Positions 49,685 to 59,776 are shown, numbered from the stretch's first letter. The stretch: DNA of 64,000 nt from Candidatus Woesebacteria bacterium GW2011_GWB1_39_12 (GCA_000993405.1 LBWB01000001.1:5229-69228), one strand, 5' to 3'. Made by a program: numbers and translations. Notes: generated from the letters alone by a model not told the origin.

Positions 49685-49791
49685 CAGATTTCGAGAAAAC
49701 TGCAGGCTTTTAGCCCGCAGATGAATCGAACTCTGATATGTCATTCTCTTTTAGAAGAGAAACCCCGCACTTTAGTGCGGGGAGAATGTCA
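49685..49791 (+). mobile_element. IS200/IS605-type end remnant (no transposase)
   Basis: ctgcaggc-tttta-gcccgcag and aaaccccgcac-ttta-gtgcggggagaatgtca hairpins. Confidence 0.55.
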
Positions 49792-51178
49792 TAAAGATAG
49801 TGAAAGTCGAAAAGCCTCCGTAGAAAAGGAATGCGCAGCCGACAGCAATAATTCTGAAAAGCGAGGGTCTTAAAGGTTTTTCAAGGATGGTCATGTTTGT
49901 CCAAAGTATGAGTCCCGAGTATATAAACATTGAAATTGCGTTTAAAACCGCTCCCGTCACAACCAGAGCCAGCGGTTCTGTGAAGCCCAAGGCGAAAATG
50001 GTAATGCCGGCAATAATTTGAAGCCAGAGAAAGCCGTAGAAAAATTTTGGCAGCTTGTCGGTTGAGAACTTGTCTTTGTTCATTATCACCAAGTTTTCGC
50101 TCGAGATTCGGGCATTACTGCCGTAGACGGAAAATTGTGTCCCAAAAAGCATTAGGGCTGCCATTAATAAAAAGAAAGTGCCTAGAGAAGGAAAAGTTCT
50201 TGCCGCAATTACGCCTCCCTCCCTTATGACAAAATTAATACTGGTTTCAACTCCCGGATCTTTGTAAACGGTTGCATAGGCTAGAAGTGAGAGGAGAAGC
50301 ATTGTAAATGCACCGGTAATCCAAAAAACGACTGCGTGCTCTATATTTATTCGCTTCCACCAAATCTTAAATTTATTTATATTTTCCTGGGTTGGCTCAA
50401 ACGAGGCTCCTTCGAGTTTCACCTCCTCTTTTTTACCCGAAAGTATATTTGTAATGTGTCCGGCATATTTTGCCATTCCGTAGCCTTTTTCTTTGACGTA
50501 TAGAGATTGTGCCAAATTCAGATTCCCTCCTGCTCCCGCGTAGGCAAGTGCTCCCAGAAAAGTTGCAACAGGAAGGCCTACGGGTAAAAACCAAAAGCCT
50601 TCCCCAAGCCCGAAAATTCCTTTGGAGAGGGCTACCCAGTCTGTTCCCTTTGCGAAAAAGAGGGTAATCAGGAAAATAAAGGGAATGCCGACAAGTATAA
50701 TTATTTTCTGGACTTTTTCCTGGGTTTTATAGACGACGTGTCCTAGACTGTAAAGGACACCTAAGAGGATTAGCATAATAATTCCGACATATTTTGAATA
50801 AGTAATTCCGAGAGAGGCGGAAACAACTTTACTGGATGCGGCCATTATCCCCGGCCAAAGCCAAGGAACAAGAGTTGTTGCTATAAACCAGTAGGGTGAA
50901 ATTTTGCCGAACTTTCGCGTCAGGCCGACAAAAATGCTTTCTCCAGTTGCCAGAGTATATCTTTCAATTTCCATATTGATGAAGAATTGGAAGGTTATAC
51001 CAAGGACAGCCGCCCAGATGATGCCAAGGCCGAAATTGGAGGTAAGGTATGGCCAAAGAATTAGTTCTCCGCTGCCAAGCCCGACCCCTAAGATTATAAA
51101 ACTTGGTCCTATCAACTTTCTCAAAGGCCAGGGATCTGGTAACTCCTGTTTATTTAGAGGCGCCAATTTACTCATCAA
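49772..51178 (-). CDS. Nramp-like/APC transporter
   Basis: IGPSFIILGVGLGSGELILWP, EIERYTLATGE; many TM helices. Confidence 0.85.
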   Translation of the reverse strand: MMSKLAPLNKQELPDPWPLRKLIGPSFIILGVGLGSGELILWPYLTSNFGLGIIWAAVLGITFQFFINMEIERYTLATGESIFVGLTRKFGKISPYWFIATTLVPWLWPGIMAASSKVVSASLGITYSKYVGIIMLILLGVLYSLGHVVYKTQEKVQKIIILVGIPFIFLITLFFAKGTDWVALSKGIFGLGEGFWFLPVGLPVATFLGALAYAGAGGNLNLAQSLYVKEKGYGMAKYAGHITNILSGKKEEVKLEGASFEPTQENINKFKIWWKRINIEHAVVFWITGAFTMLLLSLLAYATVYKDPGVETSINFVIREGGVIAARTFPSLGTFFLLMAALMLFGTQFSVYGSNARISSENLVIMNKDKFSTDKLPKFFYGFLWLQIIAGITIFALGFTEPLALVVTGAVLNAISMFIYSGLILWTNMTILEKPLRPSLFRIIAVGCAFLFYGGFSTFTIFMTFSPH

Positions 51179-51228
51179 CTTAGTTTAGGGCAAATTCATG
51201 TTATTTGGCAAGAAATAATTCTTTAAGT

Positions 51229-52239
51229 TTAAGAACAGGAGATTCTGGGAAGAAAAATTCTCATGAATCTTACCCTAAGAGGTAATAATTGCAGAGTACA
51301 TACACTCGTTCTCCCAGGAAATCGAAAGACGCCTATTACAAATGAGGACGGGGTAGGAACGGGCGAGGGTGTTGGTGTAGGTTCAAGTGTAGGGGTTGGT
51401 TCTTCGGTCGGCGTAACTTGCTCAGTTGGAGTTGGGGTTGCTTCCTCTGTAGGTGTGGGTGTTAATTCCTCTGTTGGTGTGGGAGTAGGCTCCTCGGTGG
51501 GTGTTGGTGTTAGGGTTTCACTAGGTGTAGGTTCCAGAGTCGGAGTCGGAGTTAATGTTTCTGTAGGCGTTGCGGAAGGTTCAGACGGCGTTTCAGTGGC
51601 TGAACCTGTGTTTTGAGGATCGGAAGTAACTCTTTGTAGAAAATCAACATTATTATTATCTGTGTCTTCTCCATTGCCTCCGCTTTCATCTAATCCGGAT
51701 GAACTGGATTTCCGCTCAATGCTTCCATTTGCAGCGGGATTATCTGTTACGGCAGTTGTTTCCGTATCAACTGCCGATCCAAAACCCACCTTATCCACCA
51801 AAGTTACACCCGCATCGCTATACAAAAGTACGGTGTAGTTATTGGTTAAAGCATTACTTGCTGCTGAGTAGGGAACGTCCAGGGCTGCACTTCCGTTGTA
51901 GCCTGTCCCATGACCGATTAAGAAAAAGCCGTGTGCGGGAATCGTTCCACTAAGACTTGCTACTAAATTAGCCTCTGTTCCGGCACTGTTTTTTCGGGTA
52001 AGCCGCCAGCCAGTCATGACAACGTCAGAACCGGTTGGGTTATAAAGTTCTACAAACTCGTCATTATCAGGATCTGCACTATCTCCTGAAATTTGAACTT
52101 CGGAAATAACAGCGTGAGTACTCAGTGAATATGTTGGTTTTGCTTTTGATAATGAAAAGACTATGAGAAGGAAAAAAGAAAGTACAATTGGGAGTATAAG
52201 ATACTTTCTGGGCATGTTTTTAAGGATTATTACTTTCAT
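51229..52239 (-). CDS. secreted lamin-tail-domain protein with Pro/Thr linker
   Basis: [19 protein letters not shown]; (TPTPTEEP)n. Confidence 0.85.
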   Translation of the reverse strand: MKVIILKNMPRKYLILPIVLSFFLLIVFSLSKAKPTYSLSTHAVISEVQISGDSADPDNDEFVELYNPTGSDVVMTGWRLTRKNSAGTEANLVASLSGTIPAHGFFLIGHGTGYNGSAALDVPYSAASNALTNNYTVLLYSDAGVTLVDKVGFGSAVDTETTAVTDNPAANGSIERKSSSSGLDESGGNGEDTDNNNVDFLQRVTSDPQNTGSATETPSEPSATPTETLTPTPTLEPTPSETLTPTPTEEPTPTPTEELTPTPTEEATPTPTEQVTPTEEPTPTLEPTPTPSPVPTPSSFVIGVFRFPGRTSVCTLQLLPLRVRFMRIFLPRISCS

Positions 52240-52341
52240 AGTAGAAATAAAAAATCCGATATGTCAACTGCATCTTTATGCATCTTTTTTTATCAATTTG
52301 GGACTTGATTTGTATATTTTTCGGGATTATAACTAAAGTAG

Positions 52342-52626
52342 ATGTTTGGGTTTTATTTGGAAGTTATGATTGAGAAAATCTCTATTCCGGTATCAGTCAG
52401 CTTATCCTTTGATAGTAAAAGAAGAAAGGTAATTCCCAAGTGGATTATTTGGAATGATCGTCTCTACCCTATCGTAAAAATCGGACTTCATCATACTTTC
52501 CGTGAAGGCAGGGTTCTTTATCATGTATTTTCGGTTGTCAGCAAAACCCTATTTTTCAGGCTCGTTTTGAATACTGAAAATTTACATTGGAAGCTGGAAG
52601 AAATTTCTGACGGATTACCGGATTAG
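52342..52626 (+). CDS. small beta-rich protein upstream of Y-family polymerase
   Basis: P.WIIWNDRLYPI..FRLVLNTENLHWKL. Confidence 0.75.
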   Translation: MFGFYLEVMIEKISIPVSVSLSFDSKRRKVIPKWIIWNDRLYPIVKIGLHHTFREGRVLYHVFSVVSKTLFFRLVLNTENLHWKLEEISDGLPD

Positions 52627-52634
52627 TTTATTTT

Positions 52635-53885
52635 TTGCTCGACATGGAATTTAATCCCAAACCTTCAACTATTCTACATATTGATTTAAACAGTTGCTTT
52701 GCGACAATTGAGCAGCAGGCAAATCCGCATTTGAGGGGAAAACCAATTGCGGTTGCGGCGTATTCAACTCCTAATGGTTGTATTTTGGCGCCGTCTGTCG
52801 AAGCAAAACGCTATGGAATAAAAACAGGGATGAGAGTTAAAGATGGCAAACTTCTTTACCCGAACTTGATAATTTTGCCGCCTGATCCTTGGAAATATAG
52901 AAACGTACACCTCAAATTGAGACGACTTATCTCCAATTACACGGCTGATCTTTATCCGAAGTCAATTGATGAATTTGTTTTAAATTTGGAAGGATATCCT
53001 TCATTAGTAACAAGTAGCATGGAGAATGTAGCAAGGGAAATTAAAACGAGAATTAAAAAGGAAATTGGAGAATGGCTAACTGTTTCAATCGGGATTGCGC
53101 CAAACCGTTTTTTGGCAAAGCTGGCCTCGTCTTTTCATAAACCCGATGGTTTAGACGAAATCAATAAAGCTAACTTTTTAGACTGTTATCTTAAACTTAG
53201 ACTGACTGATCTTCCTTACATAAAAATCCGGAATGCGATCCGATTGAATAATATGGGGATTTACACGGTCGTCGATTTTTATAACGCACCGCTTTGGAAA
53301 TTAAAAGCAGCTTTTGAATCCATAAACGGATACTACTGGTATTTGCGCCTTCGTGGCTGGGAAATAGATGATGCCATCTTTAGACGCAGAAGTTATGGTA
53401 ATTCATATGCCTTGCCGCGCCCGTTGGTTACCCCCGAAGAACTCTCCCCTATTTTAGCCAAATTGGTTACAAAAATGGGAGCAAGGTTAAGACACGCAGG
53501 TTATAAAGCCAAAGGAGTGCATGTTGCAGTTTCGTTTAGAGACGGAGGGTTTTGGCATAAAAACGTTACCTTGGAGAAGGTAATTTTCGATACTCGGGAT
53601 ATATATAAAAAAGCTTTCAAGATTTTGTGTAGTTCACCATACAGAAAGCCCGTTCGAGAGTTGGCAGTCTCATCCTTTAATCTAATGAAGTACAGACAAA
53701 CTCAACTTGAACTTTTTGAGGACGTAGTAAGAAAAGAAAAATTAGTTAATTCAATAGATGAAATCAACGAACGTTGGGGAGATTTTGTAATAACGCCTGC
53801 CAGAATGCTTGCCGCGTCCGACGCGGTGCCTGACAGAATTGCTTTTGGGGGAGTAAAGGAACTGGAGGAATTTACACTAACGTAA
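52635..53885 (+). CDS. dinB: Y-family DNA polymerase (Pol IV-like)
   Basis: HIDLNSCFATIEQ, EAKRYGIKTG, SIDE, SIGIAPNRFLAKLAS, QLELF clamp motif. Confidence 0.92.
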   Translation: MLDMEFNPKPSTILHIDLNSCFATIEQQANPHLRGKPIAVAAYSTPNGCILAPSVEAKRYGIKTGMRVKDGKLLYPNLIILPPDPWKYRNVHLKLRRLISNYTADLYPKSIDEFVLNLEGYPSLVTSSMENVAREIKTRIKKEIGEWLTVSIGIAPNRFLAKLASSFHKPDGLDEINKANFLDCYLKLRLTDLPYIKIRNAIRLNNMGIYTVVDFYNAPLWKLKAAFESINGYYWYLRLRGWEIDDAIFRRRSYGNSYALPRPLVTPEELSPILAKLVTKMGARLRHAGYKAKGVHVAVSFRDGGFWHKNVTLEKVIFDTRDIYKKAFKILCSSPYRKPVRELAVSSFNLMKYRQTQLELFEDVVRKEKLVNSIDEINERWGDFVITPARMLAASDAVPDRIAFGGVKELEEFTLT

Positions 53886-54028
53886 TGCCAATATACGAAT
53901 GCGTGCGAATGCTGCGAATGGAGTTTGAACCGACGAATAAATAGTCTAGTGGTTAGGGTTAAGATGCCCGTTTCGGTTACGTAAGACGTAAAACGAATTA
54001 CGATACGGGCTTCGTTGCCGTTACCGAA

Positions 54029-54538
54029 TTATAACTTTGAGATATCAACGTTATCCCCTACCTCAACCCCATTCTTTTCCGAAAATCCTGCCTTAACTTC
54101 CAGTACATAATCGATTGCAACAGGCGGACGATATAAGGGAAGCTCGTTTGAAGGAGTTTCTGGGGGAGGTGGCGGAACACTTTCGTCAAGCTTTATGATT
54201 TTACCATCAGCTATCCAGATGATGTCGATAGAAATTAACATATCTTTCATCCAGAAAGCCGGAGAAGATTTGCTTTCAAAAACAAAGAGCATTCCCTCGT
54301 TATCTTTTAAGGTTTTGCGACCGGACAGGCCTTTAGCCTTTTCTTCGTTATTATCCGCAAGATCGATGAAAATATTAGCATTACCGACTTTTATTTGTGG
54401 CCTTGAGTCTTTGAAAACAATTTGTGTATTTGCAGGTTTTGAATTTAGCTTGGAGTTAAATAATCTATTTTTAAATAAAAGGAGGAATAATCCACAACTT
54501 ATTACTAATAGACAAAATATTATCGCCTTTTTCGACAT
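54029..54538 (-). CDS. DUF192 family protein
   Basis: KGLSGR..GMLFVF..FWMKDM..IDIIW..VLEV.AG. Confidence 0.9.
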   Translation of the reverse strand: MSKKAIIFCLLVISCGLFLLLFKNRLFNSKLNSKPANTQIVFKDSRPQIKVGNANIFIDLADNNEEKAKGLSGRKTLKDNEGMLFVFESKSSPAFWMKDMLISIDIIWIADGKIIKLDESVPPPPPETPSNELPLYRPPVAIDYVLEVKAGFSEKNGVEVGDNVDISKL

Positions 54539-54556
54539 AATAGATGTTAGCGAAGT

Positions 54557-54817
54557 TTAATAAGTGTTTAACTCTTTATCAATATCCTGAAGCTCTTTAT
54601 CTACGTCGGAAAGGTCAGTTTCGTTTAAATCTTTTTCAATATCTCCTACTCTATCGGAGTCAGACTGAGATTCCATGTTAGTTATTTCTTTCTGGTATGA
54701 TGTAGAGCTTGATGGTGTACTTCGTTGTCTTGCAAGGGTCATTGCCATATACGCCAAAGCCACTACTAAAATGGCTGCTAAGAATATTAGGAAGTTTTTT
54801 CGTGATACTAGTTGCAT
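54557..54817 (-). CDS. membrane-anchored hypothetical protein
   Basis: TM + acidic tail. Confidence 0.65.
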   Translation of the reverse strand: MQLVSRKNFLIFLAAILVVALAYMAMTLARQRSTPSSSTSYQKEITNMESQSDSDRVGDIEKDLNETDLSDVDKELQDIDKELNTY

Positions 54818-54820
54818 GTT

Positions 54821-55561
54821 TTAAACACCTCCTGTCGGCACAACTGTTGGAGTAAGTGTGACTTCTACTGTGGGAGTAGGTGTTGCAGTCGCTGGTACCT
54901 CGGTTGGTGTAACAGCCGAAGAAGGCGACGCACCCTGTCCGACTCTCAGACCTTTCATATCACCTATAAGATGCACTAATTTCCTATGAATCTCTATTAG
55001 ATCTGACTTAATTTCCTTAACCAGAGATCTAACCATTGCAAATGCTTCTTTGGGTTCCTGCGATGCCAATGCTGTTTCAACTTCCACATCCGCAGCTTCA
55101 ATATTAGTCATAACTGCAGTGAGCATTTCTTTTGCCTCAAGAACCTGCGCATTGATATCGTCCAGATCCACATCCTCATTTACCTCCTCGATTTTTGCCA
55201 ATCTCGATTCAATTCGCTCGATTAACTTTTCCAGTCTTTCGGCTGCTGCCAGCAACCTTCTTCTTAGAAGTCCCCAGAAATTTGAAATTCTTTCAGTACG
55301 TTTTTGAGTTAGTTGTGCCTCGCGTGACGCTTTTTTTTGCTCTAAATTTGCTTGTCTATCACTACTTCTTTCCTCAAGGAGGGCCTTTTTTTCTTCAAGT
55401 CTTTGATCTCGGAGCTGAAGTTTTTGTTCTCTTATTGATGAAGGAGTTGAGGTTTGTGCAAAAGAATACGGTGCGAATACCGCAGCCGCAATAACAAAGA
55501 AAATAAGAATTGCAATTTTTCTCATCTTACTTATTTTGTAGTATGTATTTTTATTTGTCAA
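54821..55561 (-). CDS. secreted coiled-coil protein
   Basis: signal peptide, long heptads, PT tail. Confidence 0.75.
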   Translation of the reverse strand: MTNKNTYYKISKMRKIAILIFFVIAAAVFAPYSFAQTSTPSSIREQKLQLRDQRLEEKKALLEERSSDRQANLEQKKASREAQLTQKRTERISNFWGLLRRRLLAAAERLEKLIERIESRLAKIEEVNEDVDLDDINAQVLEAKEMLTAVMTNIEAADVEVETALASQEPKEAFAMVRSLVKEIKSDLIEIHRKLVHLIGDMKGLRVGQGASPSSAVTPTEVPATATPTPTVEVTLTPTVVPTGGV

Positions 55562-55587
55562 GCCATGAAGTAGAACGTGTGTTCACT

Positions 55588-55770
55588 TCATGGTGATGCA
55601 TCTTCTCCAAGAACTTGGGGTTCGTTGGTTGACGCTATTTCAGAAGATTCAGTTCTCAGTCCGAAAATGTAAATAGAGATTATTAACGCAAAAATTATAG
55701 AGGGTATCAGAAGCAAAAAAAGATTGAAGTTTCTGTTGGATGTACTTGTGTGAATATGGACAGGTTCCAT
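55588..55770 (-). CDS. small TM protein
   Basis: TM + QVLG motif. Confidence 0.55.
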   Translation of the reverse strand: MEPVHIHTSTSNRNFNLFLLLIPSIIFALIISIYIFGLRTESSEIASTNEPQVLGEDASP

Positions 55771-55813
55771 ATTTTAATCTTACAGCTTCATTTCAAGAGA
55801 GTCAAAATTATTC

Positions 55814-56137
55814 CTACCTCTGCCTGTACCAGGAACAGCGGTTTTGAATACAGCCGCAGGAGTATGTTTCCTTTTCTGGAATTTCGACTACTTCGCAGGT
55901 TGTAACAACTTCGTGGTTTGCGCAGACTTGGGAAGAACAGCCGGAAGGGAAACAGTCCGAATTTTGATTACAGTTTCCACTTGCCATTGCAGGTGATCCC
56001 TCTTTGTTTGTCAAAATTTGAGGACTAGAGCTATCCTTTGTTGAGGGAAATGAATTATTTGAACGTTGATAGAAAAAGTAGACTAAACCGAATACGATTG
56101 TTAATATGAGTATAACGACAGGTATATATTTTTTCAT
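55814..56137 (-). CDS. eight-cysteine-cluster exported protein
   Basis: C..SDC..GCSSQVC..TTCE..CGC..C.W. Confidence 0.7.
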   Translation of the reverse strand: MKKYIPVVILILTIVFGLVYFFYQRSNNSFPSTKDSSSPQILTNKEGSPAMASGNCNQNSDCFPSGCSSQVCANHEVVTTCEVVEIPEKETYSCGCIQNRCSWYRQR

Positions 56138-56377
56138 CGCTACAGTGCACTTTGTATTCGCAAATTCGAACTTATTTCAAAAATCAGGTATTGCATTGAG
56201 GCGCGGCGCCCGCACCGCCACGCGTTTAATTATTTTTTGCGCGCGATCAATCCAATACCTCAAATCTTTCAGGCTTTCGTCATTTTAACATAATTATTGT
56301 AATTTTGCCTTTGTCCCAACCCACCCGTACGCAGACAAAATTGTTGTTTTTAAAAAATCACTTCCTCGATCAATTAA

Positions 56378-57178
56378 TTACTTCAAAGGAACCCCGTCTT
56401 TTAGAAAGGAAGTTGGCAGAGTTTTGCAAAATTCTTCTCCCCATTCAATTGGAATAATTCGAAGATCAACATTGTATTTACTTAACAATTTCTTTACTTC
56501 ACTAACATTTTCTTCAGGAACTTCAATGTGAGTAAAATTCGAAATTGGAATTGGAGTTTCTGAACGAGACTCATGGGAACTATAAACTTTTGCCATATTA
56601 GCCTCTTTAAATGCACCATTTTTAATTCCGATTAGAACTGGATAATTGTTCTTAATATCTGACACACCGCCATTTATGTAATCTTTCAAACTGAGTGGAT
56701 TTTTAGTATATTTGTTTCTGAAAAACGACATTCCTTCATAATTTAGTCGATTTAAATCTCTAAATTTTTTACTAAATAATCTCCGATCATGAATTAGCCC
56801 TAAGAAAGCTATATTTGACACATAATAAAACGCCCCAGAAGCAGTTTGTAATGGATTTCTAAACCTCTTGCCTTTTTCGTAATGGATTTGTGCATACAGC
56901 GCGGAATAAGTTCGTGATGGGGATAAGGAGACTGTATAAACATCACCTCTAGTGTAATCCAAAGGATCTTTGTGAGGCACAAGGCCTCCTTTTTTGATGA
57001 TTTCAATTAAAACATCAGTTACATTTTCGCCACGGTAATGATATTTGCCCGTTCCGTGCCACCTCCAACTTTGCTCATATAGATTTTTAATAAGGGGGAT
57101 ATTTTTAGTATATTCCTCGGAGGTTTTAACAGTATTGTCTGGTAACCCAATAAGTATTGTAGATATTAGAGTTTGCAT
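56378..57178 (-). CDS. hypothetical protein, possible ADP-ribosyltransferase fold
   Basis: WHGT..IIKKGGL..VSLS..YA..late E. Confidence 0.55.
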   Translation of the reverse strand: MQTLISTILIGLPDNTVKTSEEYTKNIPLIKNLYEQSWRWHGTGKYHYRGENVTDVLIEIIKKGGLVPHKDPLDYTRGDVYTVSLSPSRTYSALYAQIHYEKGKRFRNPLQTASGAFYYVSNIAFLGLIHDRRLFSKKFRDLNRLNYEGMSFFRNKYTKNPLSLKDYINGGVSDIKNNYPVLIGIKNGAFKEANMAKVYSSHESRSETPIPISNFTHIEVPEENVSEVKKLLSKYNVDLRIIPIEWGEEFCKTLPTSFLKDGVPLK

Positions 57179-57255
57179 AGAACTAATTGTTTCAAATTTT
57201 ACATCAAAAGCGGGTTCGAATTTACTTGAACACGGTTAATAATTATAATAACAGT

Positions 57256-58287
57256 ATGAGTTCAGAAGAAAACAATCATAATTTTACACCCGCGGAGTCT
57301 AAACAGATTCAAAATTTCTTTAGAGGTAATAAAGAAATCGAGCAATCTGCTATACGATCGCGAAACGTAAAAGCGATGATTGGCGGAATGATGACTTTAA
57401 TCCCAGAGGAAGTACATCAATCTGGATTTCTTAAGGATGAAAAATTTATTGATGTTTTAGAAAACTTTGCAGATTTGGAATGCACATTTAATGACTGGCT
57501 AGATTTTTCTTTATCAGGTAAGGATTCATTAGGTCAAGAAACACAACTAGCAAACGAACGCGATACGCGCGCAAAGAGAGAACTGGACGACTCGTTACTA
57601 GTACTAGATAATCCCGCAGAAGCATTTAGAATTAAAGGTTTAATTGAAGATAGCCGCAGAGAAACAGAAATTATAGATAATTATATAAGAACTAGAGGTA
57701 AAGATATTTCAGTAGAAGAGTCGATGAAATATAGAATATTGGCTGGGACGATATTTAATTGTGCGGCAGTGTCAATCATATTAGGTCGAGAGAAAACCCA
57801 ACAATTTACATCTCACATATCAGATGAAGATCTAAACTACGAAAATATATACAAAAAATACGAATGGATATTTGAGGGAAGGACAAACAATAAGATCGAG
57901 AGAACTGTTGTCATAATGGAAAGGGTGGCATCATTTATGCAGATAGACGATGATTGGGCAGGTATTGATATAGATACAGCATTAAACGTTCCCTCGGTAG
58001 CGATTGTTGCATTAAATGAATTCAACGGTGATAGAGTAAAAGCTGCGGAAAAATTAAAGGCTTTAAGAGCTTCGATCGTAGAGGACACCAAAAAACAAGG
58101 CCTTGGTTTGCTACCAACAGAAGGTTTGAGCTTAGCAACGAAACTTTTATATAAAGCAAGTGAAATAGTGGTAAATGCAACCATGGAACATTATGAATTT
58201 CTTTCAAAATTTGAAAAATTTCGTGACAGAATGGGGACACCAACTTTTTTGCAGCGTGAACGTGCCTATATACGGGGTGAACTTTAA
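57256..58287 (+). CDS. helical hypothetical protein, possible isoprenoid-synthase fold
   Basis: FNDWLD and QIDDDW...DID acidic motifs; ATG 57256. Confidence 0.55.
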   Translation: MSSEENNHNFTPAESKQIQNFFRGNKEIEQSAIRSRNVKAMIGGMMTLIPEEVHQSGFLKDEKFIDVLENFADLECTFNDWLDFSLSGKDSLGQETQLANERDTRAKRELDDSLLVLDNPAEAFRIKGLIEDSRRETEIIDNYIRTRGKDISVEESMKYRILAGTIFNCAAVSIILGREKTQQFTSHISDEDLNYENIYKKYEWIFEGRTNNKIERTVVIMERVASFMQIDDDWAGIDIDTALNVPSVAIVALNEFNGDRVKAAEKLKALRASIVEDTKKQGLGLLPTEGLSLATKLLYKASEIVVNATMEHYEFLSKFEKFRDRMGTPTFLQRERAYIRGEL

Positions 58288-58328
58288 TTTTAAAATCAAA
58301 CCTTTAACAACACATTTTTATTATTAAA

Positions 58329-58448
58329 GGTTTGGGACAAAGAACAGAAAAGTTTGATAAATTAGGATTGCTTAATAAAAGCAAAATGCAAGCACTTTGC
58401 TCGCAATCCTTATTTTCTCCCCCTCTTTAGAGTTCTTTGTCCATCAAC
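58329..58448. repeat. nested inverted-repeat element (MITE-like)
   Basis: ggacaaagaac/gttctttgtcc outer, aggattgc/gcaatcct inner. Confidence 0.55.
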
Positions 58449-58464
58449 CGGCTTTATTTAGCAC

Positions 58465-58689
58465 TCAATCGCTCTTATCATTTCCTGGCGGAATTGCTAA
58501 GAAAAACACGAAACCCCAAACTATGGTTCCCACGAAAATTACAGTGAAGGCTTGACCCAGATTAAAGTCCGGGTTCTTTGACATTGAAAGGATTGCCATA
58601 GCACCTACAAAAAGGCAACCCAAAGTCCATAACAGCCTTTCATGCTTTTCTATAAATTTCCACATTTTAGCCTCGCTTTCTGAATTCAA
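58465..58689 (-). CDS. small 2-TM protein
   Basis: two hydrophobic segments. Confidence 0.55.
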   Translation of the reverse strand: MNSESEAKMWKFIEKHERLLWTLGCLFVGAMAILSMSKNPDFNLGQAFTVIFVGTIVWGFVFFLAIPPGNDKSD

Positions 58690-59009
58690 ATGTATGAGGT
58701 GCCGGTAATGGAATTATATCAAATTTTTAGTTCATCTGCATTGTTATAGGGTCTTATTACACCGTTTTGTATTGACTCAAGTTGTCGGAAAATGTTATAA
58801 AAAATTGGAATCAACACGTCAAGAACCGCTTTTTTAATGGTGCAATCGGACAACGAGAAGCGATTTTTAGTTGATTCCACCAATTACGCCATTTGAGTTT
58901 TGTTCCTTAAAAATTTTTGCATTTGTTTCTTTCTTTTTAAGGAAAAGAATACGAGCGGACTTTTTTGAAACGCGCCGCGTGCGGGTGCGCGGCGACTACT
59001 CCCAATCTG

Positions 59010-59094
59010 TGCCGAGGAGAGGACTCGAACCTCCACGTCTTATCAAGACACACGCTCCTAAAGCGTGCCTGTCTACCAATTTCAGCACCCCGGC
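59010..59094 (-). tRNA. tRNA-Leu(TAG)
   Basis: cacgc-ttTAGga-gcgtg, long variable arm, GTTCGA. Confidence 0.93.
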
Positions 59095-59133
59095 TTATAC
59101 TCAAAAAAAGAAGACAAACGTATTATAGCAAGT

Positions 59134-59649
59134 TTAGAGATCAAACTCGACAGGGACAGAGTCGATTTTTTCCATGAAGTACTTAACCTTCCAGCTCCAG
59201 GTGGAGGAAGGAGGAGCGTAGCGACGCGCTATTTTTGAAATATTTGTTGCGCCTTTGTCATAATATTTTTCCCTTAAGGCCCTGGAGACTATCTCGATTG
59301 ATTCTTCCCAAGACTTGAATTGGTAATTCCCATTTGCCCAGCCGTATGCATTGTATGAATTTTTAGGAATGTGTTTACCGAAAGTTGATTCAACTCCCGA
59401 AATAGCAGGTACGAGTCTCCAGTCTATTTGGTAAATATCCGCATACATAATAAATTTGTCTGCATCATCTGCAAGCGGAGAGTTATGGCTCTCTAGATAA
59501 CTTCTGAGAATTTTAGTTCGATAATCAATATCGTAATTTCTGTTGGCCACAAAAACTTTAGCCGATTCACTCACGTTGGTATCAGCCGAAGCAAGATCAG
59601 CATATATAAGTTTAAATATTAGGATGGATAAGAAAATAATTTTTCTCAT
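59134..59649 (-). CDS. exported lysozyme-like/glucosaminidase protein
   Basis: DWRLVPAISGVESTFG..NAYGW..RYAP; start trimmed to ATG 59649. Confidence 0.8.
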   Translation of the reverse strand: MRKIIFLSILIFKLIYADLASADTNVSESAKVFVANRNYDIDYRTKILRSYLESHNSPLADDADKFIMYADIYQIDWRLVPAISGVESTFGKHIPKNSYNAYGWANGNYQFKSWEESIEIVSRALREKYYDKGATNISKIARRYAPPSSTWSWKVKYFMEKIDSVPVEFDL

Positions 59650-59660
59650 GAATGTTTCCC

Positions 59661-59776
59661 AAAAAAAACAGGGTACCTGACGGTACCCTGTCGTATAATT
59701 CTGACGCTCATCCGAGTCAGACTCGGTTTGCCTCAAAACGTGGAAGTACTATAACATATTACTATGAGATTGTCAA
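59661..59776 (-). promoter_or_regulatory. promoter + structured leader + intrinsic terminator directly before the hydrolase gene
   Basis: TTGACA-17-TATAGT; 10-bp stem acagggtacc/ggtaccctgt + T run. Confidence 0.7.

Noticed and set aside
51345-51600. Repetitive region as CRISPR array
   Set aside because: Encodes a Pro/Thr linker; no repeat-spacer structure and no cas genes in the window
56145-56171. att direct repeat of the tRNA-Leu 3' end
   Set aside because: Only gtgc and tcgaac match, with different spacing
59700-59740. c-di-GMP-I (GEMM) riboswitch suggested by GGCAAACC
   Set aside because: Lacks the GNRA loop, ACGCAAA and P2 stem
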